Source: Acanthaster planci (taxonomy: Eukaryota). From it: 64,000 bases of DNA. The notes beneath the pieces are model-generated. The model did no database searches. It was not told the origin of the DNA and saw only the letters and a program-made list of their open reading frames with translations. Of this stretch, positions 23,120 to 34,900 are shown one piece after another. Position 1 is the first letter of the stretch. Each line of letters opens with the position of its first letter. The position numbers and the translations under genes are program-made. The stretch is from NCBI RefSeq assembly GCF_001949145.1, contig NW_019091355.1:3454646-3518645 (forward strand), read 5' to 3'.

Positions 23120-23400
23120 CTTCTTTTTTTTTTCAGTAATTTTATTCAGTTTGCGTTGTAAGGAGCCAACCAAACTCTTTGCTTTGATGCATCACCCAGT
23201 TTGTCAACTAGACAAAAAGGACATAATTGTGATTCCATTAATTGACATTGTGCAAGATTCTTCTCAAAGCCTCCAACTCTGATGCAACTCTGGCGACTTG
23301 CGACCCATTTCTTCAGATAAGGTGACATATATCGGTGCAGCATTGCCTTGACTAAAGTGTGTCCTTCAAAAAATCTGTGTCATAGCACTGGGACTCCCCG
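23120..23400 (-). mobile_element. Decayed 3' end of an L1/Tx1-like LINE
   Basis: Minus-strand KAMLHRYM...LMESQLCPFC resembles the C-terminal Cys-rich region of L1/Tx1 ORF2. It is followed by AATAAA and an A-run. Confidence 0.35.
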
Positions 23401-26400
23401 TCTCGCTTGACAGATAGAAAGCCTAACAGCGTCTAGGTCATTTCTTCTGTTCCCTACCCCCCTTAGTTCCCACCAGTTCCCCTCCCCCGTCCACTCTTCA
23501 TCAAATGTTTCCCAGGATATCCGTTCAGTGTCATCCCTCGTCTACTATGGGAAATTTCCAATTGTGAATAGATCTGTAAGTTTTGACACTTTCTCCCGTC
23601 ACAACCAGTAAGCAGTAACATTCTACACCTCAGATAATCCCATTGCAGTATTTGTTGTTGTTGTTGTTTATTGTTGTTAGCATTTTCGTTCTGTACTGTC
23701 AGTCAGAAGAAGCTTGTTGAGATATGATGGCATAGGACGTACTGTTCATGATCTTAGTTTGGTGACAGAGGAGAACCCTTGATAACTTTTCTGTTTGAGC
23801 TCGTAGAAGCAGATAGGGATACGATTGTTCCAGTTGGGGAGAATTTGAGCCCAAGCCACAGAGAAGGTGGTCGGGAGAAACGTAGCACACACCTCAAGTG
23901 GATGTTTTATCCTGGTGCCTAAACTGCAGTGTGCATGTGGTGACTTGATGTGTACAGAGTGTACCTAAAAACAAGACCTCTTGTAACTGGTACTTGGTGA
24001 CAGTTCCTGGTAACATATGGCAAGGAACAGTTGAAGAAATGGGAAGTGCAAATCCCTTTGTAGGTTTTTCCCTAAAATCTGGGTCCAGGAGGCGGGCAGT
24101 GCCAAATGTCACTGAACAGAAGATTAACGAGGCTGCCAGTTTTCTTTTCAACTGGTATGCCTCACGTGCGGAGTTGCATGTTTCCAGAGTTGACGTTCAG
24201 GGTTCACAGGAAACCCTCGCGTGTGGCATTTTGGCTGAGCTGCAGCAAGGACAGATAACCTTTAAGGCCGGCCCTCTTATTGCTGGGCCTTAGTCATGGG
24301 GGGGGGTCGCTCTCTCTGGAGAGCATAGACTCATTGCCGGTTGCCTCGGCGTAATCCTGCCGTGGCTGGATGGCAGTCTAAAAATAGCTTCCCTGCAGGA
24401 GATTTGAAGCTCTCATTTTTCTCATGTTCTGTGCGCAGTGATTGATGGGGTGGATACTTGCTTAGTAACTGGTTGGAGGGTATGACCATGTTTCTCTGAG
24501 GTTTTTTTTTTTTTTTTTTTTTTACAAAATGCAGACAGTACTCAAGGGAAAAAAGGCGGACTTTGAACAGTATCCAACATGTTTTCCTGACCTGGGCTTT
24601 GTGCATGAATACACCAGGTACCTCCAAATACTTGCATGAGGCATCGGCAGTACTGCCTCTTTTAAGAGTTTGTTTTTCATGCATAGCAAACTGTTACGAA
24701 CCGATAGCTGGGGGAGAAATTTCTGCTCAGAGGGGAGTAATTTAAGTCCATTTGTTAAAAAGACTTCCCTGGAGACTCTCATTAAGTGTATTTTGAAGCT
24801 GCTAATTTTCAGCCATCACAAGAAACCTATGAAGGTGGCGGATTCCAATAGAAAAGTGCCTTGAAGATCTGCCTGCAGTCTTTTTTTTTCTGCTGGGGTT
24901 TGTTTTTCTTGAAAAAAAAAAAAATCATTTATTGGCAAGACTACATTGTAAATTGTTGAAAAGATGGAGCGGTGGTTTTGGCCCCCTCCCTTTGAAGGGT
25001 TGATTTTTTTTTATATGAATGGCTTTTATTTCATTAATGAACAACTTAAATGTTATGCAGAAAAAAATTATGTTTATGCACTTATCTAACCAATGATAAT
25101 TTTCCTTTTTTTTTAAGCTACATGGTCTGCCAACTTGATTGTACCTTGCCTGATGGTGAAGAGATACATGTTTGTGTTGGTCATATTGAAAAAAAACCAA
25201 AAACAAAACAGAAAACAATTACAGTAGGTGCCAGCGGCGGTTACAGCAAATGGTGTGCTGCCAGTTAAATATCCCATTGTTGTTACACAGACAAAGGAAA
25301 TCATTATTGGCACTTGTCAGGATGTTGTCATCAACCTGTGGGGGGGGAGGGGTTAAGCCCATGTGCACAATAGAGGCAGTGCCAGGCAAACTTCTGTGTA
25401 GAGTTAGGAAGGTGTGAGCACATGTATGTCACAGGTACCGGATACGAGTTGATCAAATAGCAAAGTAACGTGAAATGACTCGAGCGGTGATCAGTAGCAT
25501 ACAGCCCCTGGGGGTGGGGTGCGTGGCCGCTTCGAAACGAGAGACATCGTCCCTCCAAAATCTAAAAGCTAGAGTTTTTAGTAGGAGATAGGGCATGGAA
25601 AACAGCTGCCTTTTATTCCCTCCAAAAAAAAGGAAAGAATTTCTTTAGAAGCATATTCCTGAAATTTCAGGAAGCATTCTGAATCAGAGAAGGGGTAAGG
25701 AAGGGGTCTAAGGAACATCTCTGCATCCATGAAATTCCATCCTTCTATTCTGTAAAAGCGGAAACAACCGTTGGCAATTGGTCAGATGCCGTTTTGATCG
25801 ATGAGTAAACATTAATCATGCACCCATTGTATCATTGGTGACCAGAGCAGAACAGCGGCCACCACACCTTTCCTTTTTTTTTATTGCACCAAGGTTGACC
25901 ACAGACCCGTGTCTCTTGACTCCCCCAGTTATGCCAGACGTGACGTGCCAAGGAATTTCTCCAGAGAGGCCGATTCATAAGCGCGAGTTGCGCGTTACCG
26001 TCTGTGTTCATTGTGCTGCGGTTTCACGGGTGCCGGCAAGCATCACCTTTAAGGGTTTATTGTCTGTGCAAATCACTCGACGTCAGTGAAAATCAGTTTG
26101 GAGGAGATAATGCAAACTTGGCCAGGAACTCAGTGGGTTTTGACGACTCTGAGAGGTGACTCTCTGGCAGGCGTACGGGCACAGGCAGACTGTCAGCGTT
26201 GACAGATAAATGGGGCTGATTCGGCTGTGAATCATACCCAGCCCCTGGGTAGAGTTAAAGACGACTGTATCAAAAAGCTTGACATTAACTGCAAATGGCA
26301 TAGCACTTAGCAACTGTGCAGGGATGCCGTTAGTTTTGCACAGTCATGTTTAATAAGCTGTCAGGAATTGTAATTAGTGCTGGTTGTCTGAAAAAAGACA

Positions 26401-26859
26401 TGGACTCACTGTTAGTGTTGATTGGTCGTTGCAGTAATACATCCCAGTGATCTCAGAGATGGTCTCTATATTCATATGTCAACTCTTTTTGGAACCTAAC
26501 TAATCTGATGTGTACACACCAAGGACATGGTGTCCTCTGATGTCATCTCTTTGTTCTACACTCCTGGTGTATGCTGTCTAGTGTGCCAGTCTTTGTAACC
26601 AGATGATGAGGACCAATTATATATTACATGACAGCTATTTTATGGACCAAAATTATGGGAGTACACGTACATTTAAATTGTTCACCTTTTTATTTTTCCT
26701 CAAAGTGTATAGAACCCTCCAAATCCATTCCCCTGGTTACACTGATGACAGGTCTATCGACTGTGACATACATATAAATATAAAATGCAAATCTTTTTTA
26801 TCGAAGGATGCATAAATATAATTTTTACCGTACACTCAGTTGACTTGGATCAAGTCCGA

Positions 26860-28000
26860 CTTACGTTGCTCTTCCCAAGTCGGCCATCCCTTCACATACG
26901 CAGTACTTGGTCATCGCGCTTGGCCGCTTGCATAACTTCTTATAAGTGCTCTCAGTTGATAGGTTTTCTGCAAAATCTGCCATCAATGTACGTGTGTCAC
27001 CAGTCAGTAAGTCCGACTTGACAGATAAACCAATCAGATTCCCCGTCCGTGATATGTAGTCACTCATACATGTAATTGCATATGAGCGACATAATCGTGC
27101 ATAATGTACCAGTATACCAAATTTCCACCAGTGAAAGTAGCCAGACTTGGAATTTTCACCAATCAAACTAGTCAGGCTTGTAGACATGCTCATTATAAAA
27201 GTGGTATGAATGATGTAAAAACAAGTCAAGCAATGCGATCGGCTGATACTACTTTTGGTCGATGAGCCCATTCGCTGTGTACAAACGGCTGGCAGATTTG
27301 TCAAGTTGGGATTTCTGAACTCACAGTAATAAGTGGATACCAAGAGGGGGCGAAGCAAGTGACGAAGCACGTCCTGAATATCTAAAGCATAAATGCAGAC
27401 AACGTCATGGAAGATCCTGACTTAAGTCTGTACACTCGCACTCAAGATGGATTCCTCTCCAAAGATCCCACATGGTTTGATGCGCATTCAGTCGGAAGCT
27501 GGTTGCACATTAATTCTCTTTACCATTGGTGTACTTAAACCATTGCACATGGACTTGTTACTCGGTTATGGGACTACACTTGTGTTCGCTCTCAAGATAG
27601 ACTCCTCTCCAAAGATCCCACATGGTTTGATGCGCATTCAGTCGGAAGCTGGTTGCACGTTAATTATCTTTACCATTGGTGTACATAAACCATTGCACTT
27701 GGACTTGTTACTCAGTTATGGGACTACACTTGTGTTCAGATATAGATGTTCTTTGTCCCCACAACTCCATCCCGACTTTCCTAACAAAGGAACATGGTCC
27801 CCTTTCTGTGCGGAAGGCTTACCCACAACTTATCCTTCATTGGTTCTCATAGACCGCAGGTTTCCATGCACCTATCGTACCCTCTTGGATTCCTTACTAC
27901 CCGAAGTAAATTTGGACCCCAACCTCAACCTCGCCCTCCATCCACTGTTCTTGAACCACAGTTCCTAAGCAGCAGTTCCTGGAGTCACCTGGAAAAGAGA
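26860..28000 (-). mobile_element. Highly decayed Penelope-like reverse transcriptase fragment
   Basis: Minus-strand remnants LRPLLVSTYYCEF (cf. CAPLLADLFLYSYE), ALLDLF (cf. YLDL) and LVHYARLCRSY..DYISR (cf. LIRYARACSSYSDF..R) occur in the expected order. No intact catalytic DD motif found. Confidence 0.4.
27441..27738. repeat. Tandem duplication, 2 x 150 bp
   Basis: CTCAAGAT.GA.TCCTCTCCAAAGATCCCACATGG...GGGACTACACTTGTGTTC is repeated at 27441 and 27591 with only scattered substitutions. Confidence 0.92.
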
Positions 28001-28926
28001 TCATTAGCACTTGTGATATTAAACCCATCCCGAGGAATCTGGAACTGACTCAAAACAGACTTTCGTATTTCAAAGGAAAAAGGAGTCAACAGGAATTGAT
28101 AACAAAACATACAAACAGACATGTATGCATGAGAAAATGTTTAGGCAGATCACTGGCTGCGTCATCACTCCTTATATGTTATTTGAAATCCAGGGAACCA
28201 TCGGTATAAATGTATGACTCTCAACCGAAACCCACGCCTCTGTGTCACTTTTGTGGTTTTGCCAGTTGAGCCTTGTGGTTTGGAGAAGCACCCTTCAAGT
28301 TTCATTATTTTACCCGAGTCCATTGGGCTCCTTTCTCTGGAGGGAAATTTTTTGTGTTGATTCTGTCAACTCTGCTGTGGTCAGTGACAGAGCGTTAATA
28401 AATGTGGACACGGCTATTTAAGCGTAAGAATGAGTGAGACGGACTAGTCATTCTCGAGGAGAAATCTGAAAGATGGGTGGATTATCTTCTTGCGTATGTA
28501 TACGGATAAGTGTTTATGTAAGTGTGCGTAACGTGTAGTTTGACACAGTGGCATGAAAGGCTTGAAATTTGGGGGGGGGTGGAGATGTACACTTTTTGTC
28601 CCGTTAGGGTACTGAAAGCAATTAACTGTCCGCAACATCTGTGTATCTTCTAAATGTTTATCTGTTGGTTGTGTTTATATTAAACTTTCAAATGGGGGTC
28701 CACCCAGGGAGCGTATCCCCTCATGCCCCTCCCCGCCATAGACAGCTGTGCCACTGTTTTGAACTTTGTCCTTAATTTCCAGGAATTTTGTCCCGTATAA
28801 GCTCTCGTACATCTTTTTTTCGTCTTGTCAAATTTACAGTGATGGAATAACCTGAGCAAGTCTCACCGTGACTACCACCGTCGCTACCACCACCATCCCC
28901 CCTCCCACCCCCCGAAAGCATTGGGC

Positions 28927-31900
28927 ATGATGGAGATAAAACGATTCACGCGCCACGACACCACCTTCAACGGCTGGCTGCTGAACCGGGCCTCGCACCA
29001 CGGCCTGACGCACTTCTTCTCCCGCCACTGGCAACGCAACTGGTGCATCCTTGCCAACGGCCAGCTCCATTACTTCAAGCACCAGGGCAGCACGTCCCTG
29101 CACGGCTGCCGGCTGGTGTCCAGGGCCAGCAACCAGAGTGACCATGAGCCCCTGGGGTACGTTCTGGAGATCCACCAAGGTAAAGTAGGTTTTCTGAAAC
29201 TTTTTAACCGAATATAAAATGCGTCATAATTTTGTTTATTGCCTTAATGGTTGTCGGCAACTTTCAGCATCCCCAAATCATTCATATAATTTTACATTTC
29301 TAATGCAATGGTATTTAATCAAAATTTGGAGGGACAGGTGCCCACTGTTTAGATGTTGAGTTTCATGCATTCAGAGGATGACATAAATGTTTGTTGAACA
29401 GAAATAAACATTTGAGTTGATGAACGGTGTTTTTGTGTATGCAATGAACTATTTCACTGCGTGACACTTTGTCACTGCAGAAAGGTTTGGATGTAATCAT
29501 TTTTCATTCCTCATATAGAGAATCTAACATTATTCTTGGAGACATGGGTGTATGTGCTCTACACTCAGAGCTGACATAATGCGGTCAAATACCAATTACC
29601 GCAAAGTAAGCCTTGTGTATTTTCGTGGTACTGCATTGCCAACATTAGTAATCAAAGAGACTTAGGCAGTGTATCAACTTTGCGGCTTTGCGGTCGCACT
29701 GGATACTTCCAGAGTGTTTCCTCCTCTTCACACACCGCCTCACTCGTCCAGAACAGCAAAACTTACCTGGAAATTGCCTTGAAAAAATCTGTCTTTCGCT
29801 CCTCTCAACCAGTGCATTGTAAATGCCAAGAGTCCTGCAGTGCATGTGACTAGCCCCGGTAGGTCACGTACGGTGGTTTTCCCCACGGGATACAGGGGGT
29901 CAGTGAAGGTTCAGCTGCCGTGTGGCTGCCTAATGTTGTGACCAAATGGCTGTAGGGGGTAAAGGCTTGGCCTGCTGTGTTTAATTCAGACAGTTGCATT
30001 GGAGGTTGTAAGTTATAAGTGTAACTTGTAAAGCACTGCTGTCCTACGGTATGCCAGAATATCCCAACTTCCTGACTGATACACTGCTCGAGGGACATCC
30101 AGTGTGAAAACCTCTCAACGATTTCAGCGATTCATTTCCAAAGCAACTCTTTCTCAGGAGGCCACTTTCTGAGCCAAGTTTTGGCAAAGTCTCCCAAGAC
30201 GTAACATGGAGCACCGGCCATGGGCACAAATCAAAAGTCATTTGCTTGAGGTTGACTTTCTTGAAGAAAGTTTGCTTGTAATTATTTTGTGCAAATTTTC
30301 ATTTCCTCTTTATCCAATGTTTCTAGGCAATCTGTTAATTGGTCTATACATGCAGCTTAAAAAAATTATCTTTCTGACCTTTTGCCCTGAATGGATGACA
30401 AAGTAATCCAAAGCAGCTCTGAGTTGAGACAGAGTGACTCTTCATCTCAATTGAGGAGGTCAGTGACTTCTTTGAACAGCTGTCCTTATGGCCGTCTGTA
30501 TTTGCGACTTTAATTATGTGAGAAGAACCCTTTCCGATAATGGTGCAGTGCTGCAAAATTATTAACTTTGTGCTAAATATTTAGGCTCAGGAGAAGAATA
30601 GCATGTAATTAGACATTAAATTCATTTCTCTAACAAGTCCAATTTCTGTTTAAGTGTGAAAAACAGACTGCAAAAGGCTTTAAGCAAGTTCCTGAGAAAT
30701 CACTTCAGAGACTAATGTCCATTTTTGAAATCTTAAATGTAAATATGGGACCAGTCACTTCGCCTAAACAACAATGATGCTTCAGTGAAATCTGAAAAAT
30801 ATGCCGTTCTCATGAGTGACTTTGGAGCATTCTTGACAGTGTCGCTTGACCCAAAAGTGCCTCTGACCAAAACAAACCAGAAATCCTCTGCTCGCCTGCT
30901 GGGAGGAAGTTGCCAGTAATGACAGGAAGTATCCCTATATCATCAGCTCATTGCCAGGTAGAGTTGCCGGTCAACGATGAAGGGGTAAACACAGGTCATA
31001 TGACCCGTCTCGATTCTTATCTGGACTGTCTGCTGTCAGCCCAAAAGCTTCCTGGTAAACCAGTTGGCGAGTGTGTGACATGTTGCAACAAGTGCCAAAA
31101 AAGCTGTGAACACTTGCAGCAAGTTGTCGATTTTGTGTTATTTTTAATTACATGTAACATGCTGTAATTGTTAATATTTGGCTAATTCGCACTTTTGCGA
31201 AACTTTTTTAGTCAGTGATTTAACTTAGATCTGAAGGAAATAGTTCTTGTTGCACTGTTTGGTATATCCACACTTAACATGCACAGATTTTAATTTGTGC
31301 GTTTTTTTAAGACTTCAAGTCACATATCAGACCTGATAATACTTGTAGCCATTGTAAATCGTGTTGGCTGTTGACATGTATACTTATTGCTTTTTTTTTT
31401 CCTTATGAAAAAGAGGGCCTCCCTCTTTGATCATTTACCATGTTTCTGCCCAAGAAAAAAAGGGTAAAAGATCAGTCATTTTGGCAGAAACCTGATGCTG
31501 ATGTCCATCAACCAAACTCCCGTCCAACATAGGGGTGACTTTTTTTTTTCAAAACGATTTTATTTACAAGTGTGTCAAAAATGACGTGCAAAGCAGCCAA
31601 GTCTGTCAGCATTTTGTTACATTGAGTGGAAGGTCTCAATGTTGCATGAGTGCTGTTGTATGCTGTGCTGGTCTTGGCAGACTACTCTCCAAAGTGAACT
31701 ATACTGTGCACGGCCGTGTTAGTCTAAAACAACGGATAATGGAAATAAAGGTAGCACTTTAAAGACTAACTAAAACAACAACTGCTATGAAAGCTTATGC
31801 AGTTGTTGTTTTAGTTGGGCTGCATCCGAATCTCTTGTCTAGAGCTAGGTCTAGGTCTTCACTCCATTGGAAATGCGTGGAGATGCGTCGACAATAGACC

Positions 31901-34900
31901 TAGCTGTAGCCCTGGAAGCCTGTTTCGGACACGGCCTTTGCCTTTAAAGTGATATTGCAGTTGTTGTTTTAGTTAGTATTTAAAGTGGTACCTTTATTTC
32001 CACTCTCAAGAATGAAATGATATCCTCACCAACCTGTTTTCTTGTAATCTCATGTCACACTACATGTACATTTGTGTATATTGCCATCAGCAATTAAAGG
32101 ATCAAGTGACTCTCGTTTTGGGGATCAGTGAAACTCATAACTTGAACTCTGCTCTTCGCACGAGAAATCTCGGGCACTCGTTTCAAGAAGGGAGAAAGCT
32201 GAAGAAAGCAAAATCATTTTTTCCTCCCTGCTCACAGGATACGCTGGTTTTATTCCCTGTATCTCCAAAGGGATTAAATGGTGGCGTGAGTCAGGATGAG
32301 TGTGTCATGCTGATAAGATCTCAGCTCCAACCAATTACACCTGCCCTCATGCAGTCCAAACCAGTGTGAGTGAGTGTGTGTGGACTGCTTGTCTGCTAAG
32401 GAGCAGCTGAGGGACGACAACATTGAAATAAACTGGTTCATGGTAACAAAAGAGTGATCACGGCCATCTATCAAATTAAGACCCATTAAAAGTACTTGAA
32501 AAATTCGGTATAGGCCTCAGGGAGCACCACTGACTAGTTTGTATCTACTTGATGGACAGAATCACCACACATTCCTCGTAAACTACATTCTGACTGCTTG
32601 AAAGTAATGTACATGTACCTGTGTTACTCTGAGTAAACAGTAAGACTTTTGAAAGTAGCTGGACAGTTGCGGTATACCACTTCCAAAATCGTTCTCGATA
32701 ATCTGCCTTGAGCTGAAGCACCCCTCATCGGTTGAAAAGAGCCATGTTGGTTGGAAGTATTCATTTTGTTGGTAGCAAAGCGACTGCAACACTTGCATTT
32801 CCTAATTGTTCTTGAACCACCGATGTGCAGTTGGTACCAAAGGATCCTCTGTTGCCGAGGAGATCGCGCCCTCTCTCAGTCCAGCTCGAGGCCTATTATA
32901 TCTCATCTCAACAGTGCTGTTTATATCTCGAGTCAATATGTCTTTTACTTCTTATCTTATTGTTGTATTTGAGCTAGAGGTTTTCCACTATTTTTTTGTC
33001 AGTTTGCAGGCAACAATTACAATAATAACATCACAAATCAAGCTACAGCCAGTGTACTTTTAGAAGAGGTTACAAGAAATTCAGTTGTCTGTGTTAAAAC
33101 TTTTGTTTTCAAAAAGCTGAGGGGGTTTCAATTCTGTGTTTGTTCGGTGCTTGTCCTAGTCATAGCTATACAACTCCACCTTGACTGGAGCTATGACTTC
33201 CTTCCATTAACCCTCCCTGGCAATGAGTCCCTGCCATAATTCACAATGACACCCCCCCACACCCTTTCCTGTCCCAATTTTCCCTAAATAACAATTAGAA
33301 ATTGCCTTTGGGAAACGGGATCACGATCGGCGTACCCAAACACACTGACATCGTGGAACAAAGGCTTGGTCCTGTGCGTGATTCATGTATCACATGAGCT
33401 TTGAAGAGTGTACACTCACCAACCCACAAAGCTCACAGTGAACTTCAAAGGTTAAGGTCCCAAATCATGCTGTGTCCTGTACCGGTATGTATTCATGTAT
33501 CACTTTAGGGGCATGACATCGATGCGTTATTTCCTCTAGACATTGGCTGATGTTTGTCGTACATGTACCGGCACAGTTGGGGCAAATAGTTTACAGACGC
33601 TTGGTAGAAACACAGTTTTCCATAATTTTTCACTGTTTGAGATACACGTAGTTTTGCCAACTTTTTCTCTATGAGGTCAGACTAATTGCATCTCAACTCA
33701 ATGTTCATTGTGTGTACTTCAATTGAAAATACCCAGAGACATTTATTATGGTTCAAAATACAATGTATTAATATTGCTGAAAAAATATTTTGTGAAAATT
33801 TACATGTTATACTCCCTTATTGTTCAAAAAACGCATCAGAACATGGTCCACTGCGACCATGGGATGTGACAAAAAATACAGGAAGTGGCACTGAACACCA
33901 GGGTTGGAGTATGTACAATTAATTTTTGTTGTTGTAAATGTAAATATGAATCACATGGGTGTTTTTATTTGATGCATGCACAATGTACATTAAGCAGAGA
34001 CTCATCTTGTCTGTCCTCATGAAAACAGAAAAGCTGGTAGGAATGAGTGAAGTTGTGAAATTTGAGGAAAACTGTTATTGTTCTACCAAGTGTATGTAAA
34101 CATTTTGCTCCGGCTGTTTGTCTTACTGGAATGTATGTACATGTAAATGGGTAATTCCAGAAATTAGGGGTCCATTTTTCTCTTTTTGTGTTCCTGTCAC
34201 ATCTGACATATGATTTGGTAAGTTCAGAGCACATTTTCTAATTTCCAAGAGTGATAAATTAATGCAAATTACCTGCCAAACAAATAGTAACAGTTTGAAG
34301 TCAATTCCGGTGATATTTCCATCATGCCAAATAACAAGGGTCAGATGTAATGTAACAGGGACACGAAAATGTCACACTTTTGGACCCCTAATTTTTGGAT
34401 AACCCAAATACGTGTTTGTGTTTAAATGTTACAAGTGACTGCAGCTGAGTCACTAAAACTGTAGGAAACACGGCAAGGTGTGGTTACAACGTGATGGGGA
34501 CACCCTTGCTGGGCTGCGTCATTTCAAGTGGTCATTAATCAAAAAAGCTTGAATGTTATGGAAGTGTGAATTGCCAGTTGGTTCAGAAAGACGGTAACTG
34601 TGTGGTGGCACTTTTACAATTGTTTGAAAAATGCAGCGTTTAAAAGAAGGAATTTAAAATTGAACAACAAACATGGGGAGGGGTTGTTTCATGAAGAGTA
34701 GAAAGCAATGAATATTATGCGGTTTACTATACTCTAATTCGTCGTGCAGTGACACCATGTTTGCGTGCTTCCCTTCATAACATTCAAATACTGGGTGCTG
34801 TGATTTGCCTAAATGCATGTTTGGCTTCCGTGCGTAAATTAAAAAATATTATTTCTCTTCATCAAATTAATCTCACTCCGTGACACAGACTCATAAGTAA

